Numbered from the stretch's first letter, positions 18,243 to 28,659 are shown. The stretch is DNA of 39,186 bases from an uncultured Nitrososphaerota archaeon (GCA_964636085.1 CAZWPQ010000015.1:8326-47511), one strand, 5' to 3'. Made by a program: numbers and translations. Notes: generated from the sequence alone by a model not told the origin.

Positions 18243-19955
18243 TTACTTAAGTATATTGGCCACCATTAAAATTGACAATGCGATTAGGTTATCTATATCC
18301 CCAATAATTTCTAGAAAGTCCTCCTTCTTGCCCATAATAATCCTAGCTACAGGTCCTCCATAGGAATCGTAGACGAAATATGTATCATCTTTTCTTGATA
18401 TGCTATAACGCTCTATGCCGTATCGATCCTCAACAACATACTTGCCACTCAAGGAACACTTTATTTTTCCTACAAATTCTCCATTCCAATTTTTTATTAT
18501 TGCGTCTGGCTTAACAAGGGCTATTGTGAATTCGATGTTTCCTATGGGGTCGCCTAGTCTGTCAAATATTGTTATCCTGCGGTTTATTATTCCCGAAACC
18601 TTGGCTCTACCGATAATATTTCTGTTCTCGTCCATTATTATGAACTCCTCAATTACTAATCCCAAGAACTTCTTCTTCTTAGCCACTAAGTATTTGTTAA
18701 ATGTAAACATCAATGGTTTTTCCGTAACGACAAGCTCTACTGTTTTTTCCTCTTCTCGCTGTATCTCGTGTTGCGGTATTGCTTCTTTTCTCTCAATATG
18801 CTCTACAAGGCTGGAATCGATATAGGCAACTTGCTCCAGAAAAGCTTTCCTACGTTCTTCATCGTCTATCTTCTGAATCACCTCATCATATGCTCTTCTT
18901 ATGGCTGATCTAAGTATTTCCAATCGCTCCTCTCTTGGGAAGGCTGAATTTATTCTGGAAATTTCTCCACTCATTAGTCCCCTGCTTTTACCTATTAATA
19001 CATCCCTCCAAGCATCATGGGGCAGTTTAAAGGAATAGTCAGGAGTACGGGAAAGATATCTACATACCCTATCAAGCAAATCGCTTAGTAATATTTGCTT
19101 TATGGTATACTCGCGTCCATATATGGCCCTCTTGGCCTCTGCAAATATGGCGTTTAGAAGATCCTGATGAACCTTATATCCAGGAATATCCGCAATGATT
19201 AGGAGGGTCAAAAGCGTCTCCTTCCTCTCTGGGTTCTCCCCCATGATTCTCCACAATATATCATCCACATAATCCAACATACCAGCAGGTATTCTTGACG
19301 CAAAATTTTCATCGAGAATATACCTCATGTTGATCTTTAGATCCCTTATTACTTGCCATATATACACAGGAAGCCCTTGAGCCTTCTCCACAACCATATC
19401 GATGGCTTTATCCTCAATACTTATCCCTTCCCTAAAGGCAAACCTAAGAAGAATCTCCCTCAAGTGGATATCGGACATTGCCCTGAGCTCCATAAGATCA
19501 AAGTACTGGACTGGATCCCCACCAAGCTTAGATGAGAGATACTCCATCTCCTCAACCCTTGCCGTCGCAATGATCATGCCGGCATTATTCGTAATAATGG
19601 ATCTGAGTGTAGTAGAGTTCATCCTAGGTATATCATCATAGAAAAGAATGATTCCTTCCTCCTCATGCCGATTTAGCACATATGTCCCATCAATAATTAG
19701 GCCAATCCCATACCCCTCATCCATAAGCCTCCTCAATATAACCGCCATAAGAGCAGTTTTTCCAGTGCCAGCAGCACCATAAAGTATTACCCTTTTGCCG
19801 GACTTTAAACGCTCCGCAGCCTCCTCAAGTATGAATCCCCGGTTATCATCAATCACAAACTCATCAAAAATATACTGTGGAAGTCTCAGTAGTCCCTCCT
19901 CACCAACAAGCTCTTCTAAGGAAGGTATCCTACGATAATACATGGCTAAGACCAA
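18243..19955 (-). CDS. STAND-like P-loop NTPase with C-terminal LURP-one/scramblase (tubby-like) domain
   Basis: Walker A GAAGTGKT, Walker B ILFYDD, IIATAR strand and GLP motif (EKAQGLPVYI). C-terminal about 150 aa of repeated beta hairpins (IMDENRNIIG, IFDRLGDPIG, IKNWNGEFVG, VYDSYGGPVA). Start may be ATG 19943. Confidence 0.7.
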   Translation of the reverse strand: MVLAMYYRRIPSLEELVGEEGLLRLPQYIFDEFVIDDNRGFILEEAAERLKSGKRVILYGAAGTGKTALMAVILRRLMDEGYGIGLIIDGTYVLNRHEEEGIILFYDDIPRMNSTTLRSIITNNAGMIIATARVEEMEYLSSKLGGDPVQYFDLMELRAMSDIHLREILLRFAFREGISIEDKAIDMVVEKAQGLPVYIWQVIRDLKINMRYILDENFASRIPAGMLDYVDDILWRIMGENPERKETLLTLLIIADIPGYKVHQDLLNAIFAEAKRAIYGREYTIKQILLSDLLDRVCRYLSRTPDYSFKLPHDAWRDVLIGKSRGLMSGEISRINSAFPREERLEILRSAIRRAYDEVIQKIDDEERRKAFLEQVAYIDSSLVEHIERKEAIPQHEIQREEEKTVELVVTEKPLMFTFNKYLVAKKKKFLGLVIEEFIIMDENRNIIGRAKVSGIINRRITIFDRLGDPIGNIEFTIALVKPDAIIKNWNGEFVGKIKCSLSGKYVVEDRYGIERYSISRKDDTYFVYDSYGGPVARIIMGKKEDFLEIIGDIDNLIALSILMVANILK

Positions 19956-20501
19956 TCCAAAATTTCAAACGAAACCCGAGACATAGATACAATATTTCAT
20001 ATACATTTTGAAAAATAAAAAGCCTAATCATAAAATAGGAATAAACTCACGGATATATCCAACCACAAGAATACTGGCCTTACTTTTATATATCTCCAAC
20101 ACTACTAAAACTTTAAACAAGATAGGTATCTCATAGACAACAATGATAATACTCTCAGTAATAGGAAATCCTGTAGTATGACGGTTAGGGATAAAGTGAA
20201 AACAGGCCTAAAGTGCTAAAGTAAAATCGCTTCCGTAAAAGATCCCCCTAAAAAATCTGGTGTACTGGATTTATATCTCCTAGTCCAAGAGTTTTGTCCA
20301 GAATTTCCTTCACTATACAGACATCTTAACAAGCAATTTTTAATATTATTCAATTAATCATTCAACCTAGATATTTTAATTTATTCAGTATAACTGAGGT
20401 TCTAGATATGGATATATTGGGTATGTCTTTTGATCCCAAAAATTAAGATGCCCCCCTCGAGTATTTGGGGGCTAGTGTTTTGGTAGTGTAAGCAATACGT
20501 T

Positions 20502-20813
20502 TCACCAGTTATCTGGTCTTTCAATCAAGAATGATATTACGCCGGCTAGAATACGGCGGTTGCTCGAAATAGCTTCTGCATATAAAGATGTCCATACTGC
20601 TGTTATTAGCGGTTTTGATTTCTCCTAGATGTTTAGTAGAAAGCCAAATTTGAAAAGTTTATTGTCGATACATAGAATAGCGATGTAATCATCGATGTTG
20701 ACTTCTTCTTGATCCAGCGAAATTATTTTCTTCATCCTTTCGATGAGATAGTTGTCTTGGCTTTCCACAAGCTCATTTAACAATTTTAGGAATACTTGTT
20801 TGATTCCAACGAT
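20502..20813 (-). pseudogene. Possible degenerate reading frame with internal TAG
   Basis: Frame reads IVGIKQVFLKLLNELVESQDNYLIERMKKIISLDQEEVNIDDYIAILCIDNKLFKFGFLLNI*EKSKPLITAVWTSLYAEAISSNRRILAGVISFLIERPDNW*. It lies in a 1-kb gap between genes and lacks a clear start. Confidence 0.35.
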
Positions 20814-21011
20814 TTATTATTTATATTTCTAGTCCCTATTGGGATCATTAAGTGATCAAAATGCGTTTTGAATACGACTGGCCAGTAATTTTTTTCCTTT
20901 CATGCGTGGTGTTTCTTTTGTTGATGTATATCTATTACGGTTTTAGGACGGCAATAGCTTTGATTGTTTTTCCAATAATCCCCGTGGTATCTTACCTCCT
21001 AGCTAGGTGGG

Positions 21012-21530
21012 TTGATAGGTATGATTAAACTAATAATACCAATATTAACTACATTGGCGTCCATTGTTTATTTGCATCATCTGTACAGACTAAGGGGCCT
21101 GAATGATGTAAAATTATTTGTGGCTATATCAACATCGATAGTAGTGCCCCTAGAGTCCCTTGGCGTATACTCTGGACGCTATAAGTATATATGGCATAAC
21201 TACCTGATAAACAGCTATTTCGTAGCCACGGGATGGATAATGAACATATACCCTATGATGCATATATCCCTCTTCATTTTAATCGGCAAAAGATATTTCA
21301 AAGCTAATGATATCTCCAGAGGAAAGAAGCTCCAAGCTAGCATACTTACAGGAATATTCGCAGTCCTATATGACCTTTTCCTAGACCCTGTCGCTGTTTC
21401 ATTAGGAATATGGGTATGGTCTGTCGAGGGGCAGTGGTTCGGTGTTCCAATAAGAAATTTCGTTGGATGGTTTTTTATAGCTTCAACGGTTACGCTCATC
21501 TACCTACTACTAGCATACGCAAAGAAATAA
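21012..21530 (+). CDS. Carotenoid biosynthesis membrane protein (DUF422 / CruF-like)
   Basis: E..GV.SG.Y.Y and YDLFLDPVAV..GIWVW....WFGVPIRNFVGWF signature. Appears short for the family. Confidence 0.75.
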   Translation: MIGMIKLIIPILTTLASIVYLHHLYRLRGLNDVKLFVAISTSIVVPLESLGVYSGRYKYIWHNYLINSYFVATGWIMNIYPMMHISLFILIGKRYFKANDISRGKKLQASILTGIFAVLYDLFLDPVAVSLGIWVWSVEGQWFGVPIRNFVGWFFIASTVTLIYLLLAYAKK

Positions 21531-21672
21531 CATCGCTAGATTTCATAGAAAATATACCATGTTTGTCTATTTGGCATGTAGAGTATATTCTCCATGTATT
21601 GTTCTATCATTAATGTTATATTATCTATACTCTTTAATAGTAGTATTTTAAATTAAATTATTAGGGAGCAAT

Positions 21673-22371
21673 ATGGATGACATTGAAGCTATAGTCGTAA
21701 GAGTAATCGAGTTGATCCCAGAAATAATAGAGAAAAAACCAGAACTGGCATTCAAAATGTTTGAGACACTAAAGAAGTATTTTGTCCCGCTAGAATTATT
21801 CAAAGAATATCTAAAAAAGCTCGACAAAATAGAGAAAAAAGTTGACAAAATAGAGGAGGATGTTGCTGGTCTCAAGAGGGATGTTGGGTCGTTGAAGGAG
21901 GATGTTGCTGGTCTCAAGAGGGATGTTGGGTCGTTGAAGGAGGATGTTGCTGGTCTCAAGAGGGATGTTGGTGATATGAAGGTAAGTATTGATAGGCTCA
22001 TGTTGTCGCTTGAGGAGGAGGCTAGGGAGTATATTAAATGGTGGCTTGGAAAGCATGATATTAAGGTTGACCCTAGGAGTGAGGTTATTTGTGGTATGGA
22101 GATTAACCTATTTGATGATAAGGGGGCATATGTTCTCATTGGTGATGCCACAGTTAGGGCTGGCCCTCGTGTTGTAGAGTGGATCTATAATAGGGCAAAA
22201 AAACTTGCTAAATGTGCTCCAAGATATAAGGATAGAGAATTCATTATCGTGATTTATGCTATGCATTTTACTCCAGACACTATTGAGATCGCAAAGAAAT
22301 ATGGTGTGTGGTTGCTAAGTGCCACGAAAGAAATTACAAAATTCAAAACAACACGAATAAATGCAATCTAG
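21673..22371 (+). CDS. Heptad coiled-coil protein with C-terminal PD-(D/E)XK-like domain (DUF3782-like architecture)
   Basis: Repeated KEDVAGL KRDVGSL heptads, then SLEEEARE, EINLF..., LIGDATVR and AKKYGVWL. Confidence 0.75.
   Translation: MDDIEAIVVRVIELIPEIIEKKPELAFKMFETLKKYFVPLELFKEYLKKLDKIEKKVDKIEEDVAGLKRDVGSLKEDVAGLKRDVGSLKEDVAGLKRDVGDMKVSIDRLMLSLEEEAREYIKWWLGKHDIKVDPRSEVICGMEINLFDDKGAYVLIGDATVRAGPRVVEWIYNRAKKLAKCAPRYKDREFIIVIYAMHFTPDTIEIAKKYGVWLLSATKEITKFKTTRINAI
21854..21971 (+). repeat. 42-bp coding tandem repeat, about 2.8 copies
   Basis: aggaggatgttgctggtctcaagagggatgttgggtcgttga repeated perfectly; encodes two heptads. Confidence 0.95.
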
Positions 22372-22545
22372 TACCCTCTAAACAAGTTCGTCACATCCAT
22401 AAACATAGTTCAATATTCTCTTTCAGATAAATTAGGCAAATGGTGGAATCTACGCGGCCTCAATGAGTATGCCAAAAATGAAGAGAGCCTTCTTGGAGAT
22501 AAAGAATTTCTCTTCCTGATACATGGACGTCAGATTTAGGTTTGT

Positions 22546-23463
22546 CTATATTATTCCCAACAATTGAAATGTTTTATTCAAGGCATTCCTAATCCTCTTT
22601 GCTATATCCCTCTCCACGATAACCCTATATTTCTTATCCCTCAAGCTCATGTATAGTTTTTCTAGCGTTATTTTTTTCATATCCTCACATATGGCATCTG
22701 GCTTTAGTGGCTCTATAGTTTTATCTGGAAAATCGCACTTGACTCTATCAATAAAGCCGACCTCGGTCCCAACCACAATTTTTTTAGCGGCACTATTTCT
22801 GATGTAATCATACATCTGTTTTGTACTTCCGATAAAGTCGGCCATACTCCTTACTGCTCTCGGACATTCAGGATGGACTGTCACACTAAAGCCCTTCTCT
22901 CTAAACTTGCTGATATCACTAGTATTAAACATTACATGAACATAGCAATGTCCATTCTCTGGGACGGGAATTATATTTTTACCAGTTCTCTCAGCCACGA
23001 ACTCCGCAAGGTTTCTATCTGGACCAAAAATTATTGTATCATTAGGTATTTCCTCAATCACCTTCACGGCATTAGCGCTAGTAACTATATAGTCGGCATA
23101 GGCCTTATGTATTGCTTTAGAATTAACATACATGACTACTATCGCATCCGGATGTTTCTTTTTCGCTGCAACTATATCCTCCACCGACAACATATCCGCC
23201 AGACGACATATAGCATCTTTATCAGGGATATAGACAGGGACATCTGGGTTAAGAACAGCGGCCTGTTCCGCCATAAAGTAGACCCCACAAAAGACTATCA
23301 TATCCCCCTTAGCATTCATAGCATCTAGCGATAATTTAAGCGAATCTCCAACAAAATGAGCGAGCTCTTGGATTTCTAAACTCTGATAAAAATGGGCCAA
23401 TATAAGGGCGTTCCTTCTTCTCGCTAATTCCCTAACATCATCAACTATTGACCTTCTAAACAC
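22546..23463 (-). CDS. nadA: Quinolinate synthase
   Basis: LILAHFYQ, FVGDSL, VFCGVYFMAE, C.LADM, YVNS, GPDRNL, C.VH, VHPEC, GTEVG, C.DMKKITLE. Confidence 0.97.
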   Translation of the reverse strand: MFRRSIVDDVRELARRRNALILAHFYQSLEIQELAHFVGDSLKLSLDAMNAKGDMIVFCGVYFMAEQAAVLNPDVPVYIPDKDAICRLADMLSVEDIVAAKKKHPDAIVVMYVNSKAIHKAYADYIVTSANAVKVIEEIPNDTIIFGPDRNLAEFVAERTGKNIIPVPENGHCYVHVMFNTSDISKFREKGFSVTVHPECPRAVRSMADFIGSTKQMYDYIRNSAAKKIVVGTEVGFIDRVKCDFPDKTIEPLKPDAICEDMKKITLEKLYMSLRDKKYRVIVERDIAKRIRNALNKTFQLLGII

Positions 23464-23574
23464 TCCATAAACACCCTTACATAAAAAACATATTGATAAT
23501 ATTAGATCTTACCTATATAAATCCTTAAGCCAAAAATGGAGGAATCTAGAAAATAGGAAAAAAATACAAAGCTT

Positions 23575-26500
23575 TCATAGTATCATTATTCCACCATTCA
23601 CATAAAAAGCTATATGCATAAAAGAAATTGCTAGGTGAGCAACCTCATTTTCCTTTCTTGGAATGAAACAGTAGCCCTGATGGATATTAACACAACCCAG
23701 AGGGTTGATTGATATGTCTTGCTCTCCCAGCGGATTATAAGTTACTCTTGTAGACACACTAAATACAGTATATGCCATTGCAGTCCTTCCTGTTTTGTCT
23801 ATGGCTATTATATAGACCGTATGGACGCCGTCAGACACACCACTAAATGTATAGCTTGTAGAGACGCCAACATCGATCCAGTCTCCATCATCAAGTCGCA
23901 CTAAATAGTGGTCTATCCCGCTACCGACGTCGGATCCACTCCATTCTATATATACATCGCTAGTAGTAACTACATCGCCGTCGGAGGGGGTGGATATAGA
24001 GACCGTTGGGCCCGTTAAGTCTACAATAACCTCGATAACGATCTCTATATAGTTGCCAGCAAAATCATATGCTCTTATATATAAATAATTAGGGCCTTCA
24101 GGTAGTCCAGAGAATAGGTAGCTCTCCGCCAATCCGACATCTATCCAGTTAGATCCATCATAGCTAACCTCATAATTATTTATAGATATAACATTGTCGG
24201 ATCCATCCCATGCAACCACCACATCAGATGTTAAAACGTATGAGCTATTAGTTGGCTGCAATATATTTAGTGTCGGTGAAGTCCTATCCACGATTAACAT
24301 CGTATATGTTTGCGAGTAGTGACCAGCCATATCAAAGCCTCTGATGTATATACTATAGATTCCTTCACCAAGTGTCGATGTATCTATTGTATACGATGTT
24401 ACATTGCCAATGTTTTGCCAAGAATCATCTATGAAAATTTCATAGTGATCCATACCACTTACACTATCACCTCCAGACCAACTTATTGTTATACTTGTGC
24501 TACCAGAATTAGATACATACATAGACTGGGCCGCAGATACCATTGGTGGTGATAGATCAATAGTTACAAGTACATAGTCATACACACTGGAGCCATCAGT
24601 GTAGTGTGCAACAACAGTAATATTATGTTGGCCTTCATTTAGCCCCTCAATCTCATAGCATGTTGCTAGACCCACATTGGTAGACGTACCACTATCAACA
24701 ATGACTTCATAATGATCAATACTTCCAGATGCCTGCCAACTCACCACAATTGTATTACCTCCTACATACGCCTGCCCAGTAGCACCTTGCTCTGTAGGGG
24801 AGACTATCTCTATACGCGATAGTAAGAAATTGAGTATGATACCCATACAGTCAGCCCTATCTGTGGCACTATTTATGGCCTCAAATGGGAATGCGAAGTA
24901 TACTAGTCTAAAATCACCACTATATGTAACGCTAGCTCCTAGAGTATTATCTCCTCCATAGCATAGTGCTAGTGTTGACCCTCCTGTTGGGGATATGTCG
25001 GATGGGTAATTATTGTTGTCGGCACCATCGCCCCCGCTGAGGAAGTATATCTTGCCATCAAATATTGTTCCAGATAATCCAGTAACATTATCAATATTTG
25101 TATTGTCGGCCTCATATATGGCTTTTAGGTATGTCTGGAACCAAGTAGTATTGTCACTATATATATCATAGCCGATATCCTGACCAGATATGAATAGGCT
25201 TCCGCCATCCTTTAGGAATTTCTCTAGTATGTTACGATCATCCTGCGTGAGTGTCGTTGTATAGTCCTTGCCAGTAAACCATATTACTACATCATAGGCT
25301 TTTAGTAAATCAGCAGAAGGGGCTTCAGATTCGTTATAATGCCATAGATCATAGTCCACACCCTCACTATATCCCAGATCATTTAGTGCCGATGTATAAT
25401 ATAGTTCATAGTCTTCACCTTTATCGTCGTCGATTACTAGAATATATGTTCCAGATGTCTTTACGAACACGGTTACGGAGGATAATGCAGTATTTCCATC
25501 ATTATCAGCGGCCTCAGCTATTAATGTATGGGAGCCAAAGCTCAGTGTGGAGGCATCTAAAGTAGTCTCCCAATATCCTGTGGATGGATTATACGACATG
25601 TCACTATAATATGATCCATCGACTTTCAATACAACACTTGTTATTGATCCATCCTCATCAGTAGCATTGACCTGAACAAGTGTATCGCCCTCTATAACAT
25701 CACCACTTAGGGGCGTAACGAAACTAACTATTGGTGCGCCAGGCTGAGGCATTAGGAAGTTTAATATTCTTTGCATACAGTCTGCTCTGTCAGCGGCGGC
25801 ATTTATTGCTTCAAACGGAAATGCAAAGTACACAAGTCTAAATGTGCCCTCATATGTGACGGCTGCACCGAGTGTTGTATCCGTTCCATAGTACATTGCT
25901 AGCACGGATCCGCCAGTTGGAGATATATCTGATGGATAGTTATTGTTGTCGGCACCGTCCCCCGCAGCGAGGCTATATGTGACGCCATCAAATATGGTGC
26001 CAGAGGAACCAGTTACTGTATCGACATTTGTATCGTCGGTCTCATAGACAGCCTTTAGATATGTCTCATACCATGTTGGATCATCGCCATATATATCATA
26101 GCCGATATCTTGACCTGATATAAATAGTGAGCCACCGTCATCTAAATATTCGGAAAGTACGGTTCTGTCGGTAGCGGTGAGTGTTGTTGAGTAGTCGTCT
26201 CCAGTGAACCATATTACAGCATCCCTTCCGTACAATACATCTGATGTAACAGAACCATCCGTCTGCACACACCATACTTCAAAATCTTTACCTTGAACAT
26301 AGCCTAGGTCGATCAAAGCCTGAATGTAGTATGTCTCATAGCTATCTCCAGTATCGTCATCTACGACAAGTATTGGTGCAATTTGGTTGTCGACCTCTAC
26401 GCTTATTATCGCTCTATCCTCACCGCCATTTGTTTGATTTGCTATAACAACGAGATCATATTGGCCATCGGAGTATATAGTTGTATCAAGGTATCCTTCG

Positions 26501-28659
26501 TAATAGCCACTGGTGGTGTTGTATTGGAGTGTTATAAACGGTCCTTGATAAGTATCATTTTCTAGTCTTGCTAGGACTGTATCTACGGATATGCCAGTAG
26601 TTTTGACATTTACTTGGGCGGATACCTTAGTTGTATCTCTTATTTTTGCACCGTTACTAGGCTCTACTATAGATACGCCTAGATTATCAATTCTATAGGT
26701 TGCTGTGATGCTGGTAATATTTCCTCCAGTATCGGACGCGTTTACTCTAATATCTATATCGCCATCATCATAGTATGTAGTATCCCAAGTATACTCGTAA
26801 TATCCCGTAGTAGCATTATAAGTCATATCATACCATGTCCCCTTTATCTCCACCTTGACCCATGCAATACCATCCTCATCAGTAGCGTTTACCTGTAGAA
26901 TAACAGCCCCACTTATCGTTGATCCAGGGGAGGGATTAATGATTTTGACTATGGGGTACCCAGACATGTATTCCAGTGGTAAATCAGAGACATCATCATC
27001 ACAATAATAGTACAATTGTTTTATTATTGTGTCCGTCGAATCATACATCTCAAACCTTAATGTATAGACGCTAGGTGTAGATGGCATATCCAAGTCTATA
27101 GAAATAATATCAGTATCCACACCACCACTAACAGAGGTCAACCCTGATTGTCCTAGAGAAAAATCATTTGATCCATCGCTACCAAATACCTTTACATATA
27201 CTGACATTGTTGAATCTGAGTCTAGATCTATATACACAGTGCCAGATTCATAATATCCATTGTTATTGCTATCAGAACCTGAGAATGATATATCATATGA
27301 CCATAAATCAACATTGTTGCCCGTTCTTTTCATTGTAAATTCATCCCATTGATGATGAGCCGACATAAGTATATTATCATAGCTTGAATCATATGATGAT
27401 GGGAAGTTTGCCGATAAACCATGTGCACTTGGATGGCCAGATAGATGCCCACCATACATAATAGATGCATTTACAGCATCTATGGTATCATCAATAAGGC
27501 TTATCAGGTCCGAATCAGAAACTTCACCCTTCAGTAGCTCTAAGAAATGAATTAGATCTTTCTCATTGGAGTAATAGAAGGTTTCTGCTCCACTTACAGC
27601 GTTGCTTATAGCTGTTGACAAAGAGCCATAGTTCCTAATCAATTCTCCCACCAACCTATCCAACTTCCTAAATGTCACCTTTGCTAAAGCTGACATATTA
27701 ATCGCTGACTGAGTAGCAGATGTATCCGTACCTTGACTACCACCATTATACGACTCCACATACTTCTGTGCTATTAATACTGCAAAATCCGCGGGGGACA
27801 TTGCAGGGTTATTAACGAGAGGATCTAATATGTCATCATATGGCCAGCCATCAGCACCCTCGGTCTCCTGCGAGAAGACAACATAATCCACATAGTCTCT
27901 ACATTGATACGCGACCTCAATCATACCCATTAGGCATGCATCAAAGCCGATAATATCTAGTTTTACTCCTAGGTTATTATATATTGTCTCAAGAGCGGTT
28001 CTTAGCTCATTTAGATTTATGTTATCGCCCCCGTTGTCATCGTCCCAACATACACCACTTAAACCACCACCGTGATCCCATAATATCAAGGCATAGTGTT
28101 CGGCAGGATAGTTATTTACGCACCAGGTCATAAAATCTACAATTGTTTGTGGATTACCCATATTTCTCTCTCCCCATGTCTCATTAGCATTGGTATCGTA
28201 GGGCTCGTCTCCTTGATCCACATAGAATAAGCGTGTGTCCGTCCAGTCTCCATAGCTAGTATCATATCCACTGATCCTATCCATAAGAACTATTATGGCT
28301 ACATCTGTTGTCGATCCAACCGATGACATCTCCAAGAAGTCTTCTATTCCATACGACTCTAGATTATTGGCGGCGTCAAGATATACCATAAATGTCCATT
28401 GTCTAGTTTGCCTAGCTTTAATCTTTGGGTATTTTGGTACTCTGAGATTATTAATATTTCCATCTTTATGAAATATTCCAAATTCCTCAGATCCAGGAGG
28501 GCCTAAGTGTGGATAGTATACCTCATGTCTTGATGTAGTATTATTTGCCATCCTTAAGGGATTGGTGTTCTGTTTCCCATCAATAATTTTGCCTGCTACG
28601 AATATGGTAGATACAAGAATAACTGATATTAGGATGGATCTCAAGTTTCTTGATACCAT
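23575..28659 (-). CDS. Large secreted clostripain-family (peptidase C11) protease with Ig-like domains and two repeated alpha/beta modules
   Basis: Signal peptide; WTFMVYLDAANNL, WDHGGG (catalytic His), GFDACLMG..E (catalytic Cys). Multiple P.V.I..P..G Ig-like repeats and two copies of ILV.DDD...VIWFTG.DY.TTLT...GGSLFISGQDIGYDI. Confidence 0.9.
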   Translation of the reverse strand: MVSRNLRSILISVILVSTIFVAGKIIDGKQNTNPLRMANNTTSRHEVYYPHLGPPGSEEFGIFHKDGNINNLRVPKYPKIKARQTRQWTFMVYLDAANNLESYGIEDFLEMSSVGSTTDVAIIVLMDRISGYDTSYGDWTDTRLFYVDQGDEPYDTNANETWGERNMGNPQTIVDFMTWCVNNYPAEHYALILWDHGGGLSGVCWDDDNGGDNINLNELRTALETIYNNLGVKLDIIGFDACLMGMIEVAYQCRDYVDYVVFSQETEGADGWPYDDILDPLVNNPAMSPADFAVLIAQKYVESYNGGSQGTDTSATQSAINMSALAKVTFRKLDRLVGELIRNYGSLSTAISNAVSGAETFYYSNEKDLIHFLELLKGEVSDSDLISLIDDTIDAVNASIMYGGHLSGHPSAHGLSANFPSSYDSSYDNILMSAHHQWDEFTMKRTGNNVDLWSYDISFSGSDSNNNGYYESGTVYIDLDSDSTMSVYVKVFGSDGSNDFSLGQSGLTSVSGGVDTDIISIDLDMPSTPSVYTLRFEMYDSTDTIIKQLYYYCDDDVSDLPLEYMSGYPIVKIINPSPGSTISGAVILQVNATDEDGIAWVKVEIKGTWYDMTYNATTGYYEYTWDTTYYDDGDIDIRVNASDTGGNITSITATYRIDNLGVSIVEPSNGAKIRDTTKVSAQVNVKTTGISVDTVLARLENDTYQGPFITLQYNTTSGYYEGYLDTTIYSDGQYDLVVIANQTNGGEDRAIISVEVDNQIAPILVVDDDTGDSYETYYIQALIDLGYVQGKDFEVWCVQTDGSVTSDVLYGRDAVIWFTGDDYSTTLTATDRTVLSEYLDDGGSLFISGQDIGYDIYGDDPTWYETYLKAVYETDDTNVDTVTGSSGTIFDGVTYSLAAGDGADNNNYPSDISPTGGSVLAMYYGTDTTLGAAVTYEGTFRLVYFAFPFEAINAAADRADCMQRILNFLMPQPGAPIVSFVTPLSGDVIEGDTLVQVNATDEDGSITSVVLKVDGSYYSDMSYNPSTGYWETTLDASTLSFGSHTLIAEAADNDGNTALSSVTVFVKTSGTYILVIDDDKGEDYELYYTSALNDLGYSEGVDYDLWHYNESEAPSADLLKAYDVVIWFTGKDYTTTLTQDDRNILEKFLKDGGSLFISGQDIGYDIYSDNTTWFQTYLKAIYEADNTNIDNVTGLSGTIFDGKIYFLSGGDGADNNNYPSDISPTGGSTLALCYGGDNTLGASVTYSGDFRLVYFAFPFEAINSATDRADCMGIILNFLLSRIEIVSPTEQGATGQAYVGGNTIVVSWQASGSIDHYEVIVDSGTSTNVGLATCYEIEGLNEGQHNITVVAHYTDGSSVYDYVLVTIDLSPPMVSAAQSMYVSNSGSTSITISWSGGDSVSGMDHYEIFIDDSWQNIGNVTSYTIDTSTLGEGIYSIYIRGFDMAGHYSQTYTMLIVDRTSPTLNILQPTNSSYVLTSDVVVAWDGSDNVISINNYEVSYDGSNWIDVGLAESYLFSGLPEGPNYLYIRAYDFAGNYIEIVIEVIVDLTGPTVSISTPSDGDVVTTSDVYIEWSGSDVGSGIDHYLVRLDDGDWIDVGVSTSYTFSGVSDGVHTVYIIAIDKTGRTAMAYTVFSVSTRVTYNPLGEQDISINPLGCVNIHQGYCFIPRKENEVAHLAISFMHIAFYVNGGIMIL

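Noticed and set aside
21531-21650. Frameshifted C-terminus of the short CruF-like gene
   Set aside because: Downstream frames are hydrophobic but show no recognisable family motif; undecidable without an alignment.
21854-21971. Tandem repeats here and at 1-126 as CRISPR arrays
   Set aside because: Units are contiguous with no unique spacers, lengths are multiples of 21 nt, they are in frame within genes, and no cas genes are present.
22546-23463. nadA without nadB or nadC as an unusual pathway
   Set aside because: Dispersed NAD biosynthesis genes are ordinary; the partners may lie outside the window.
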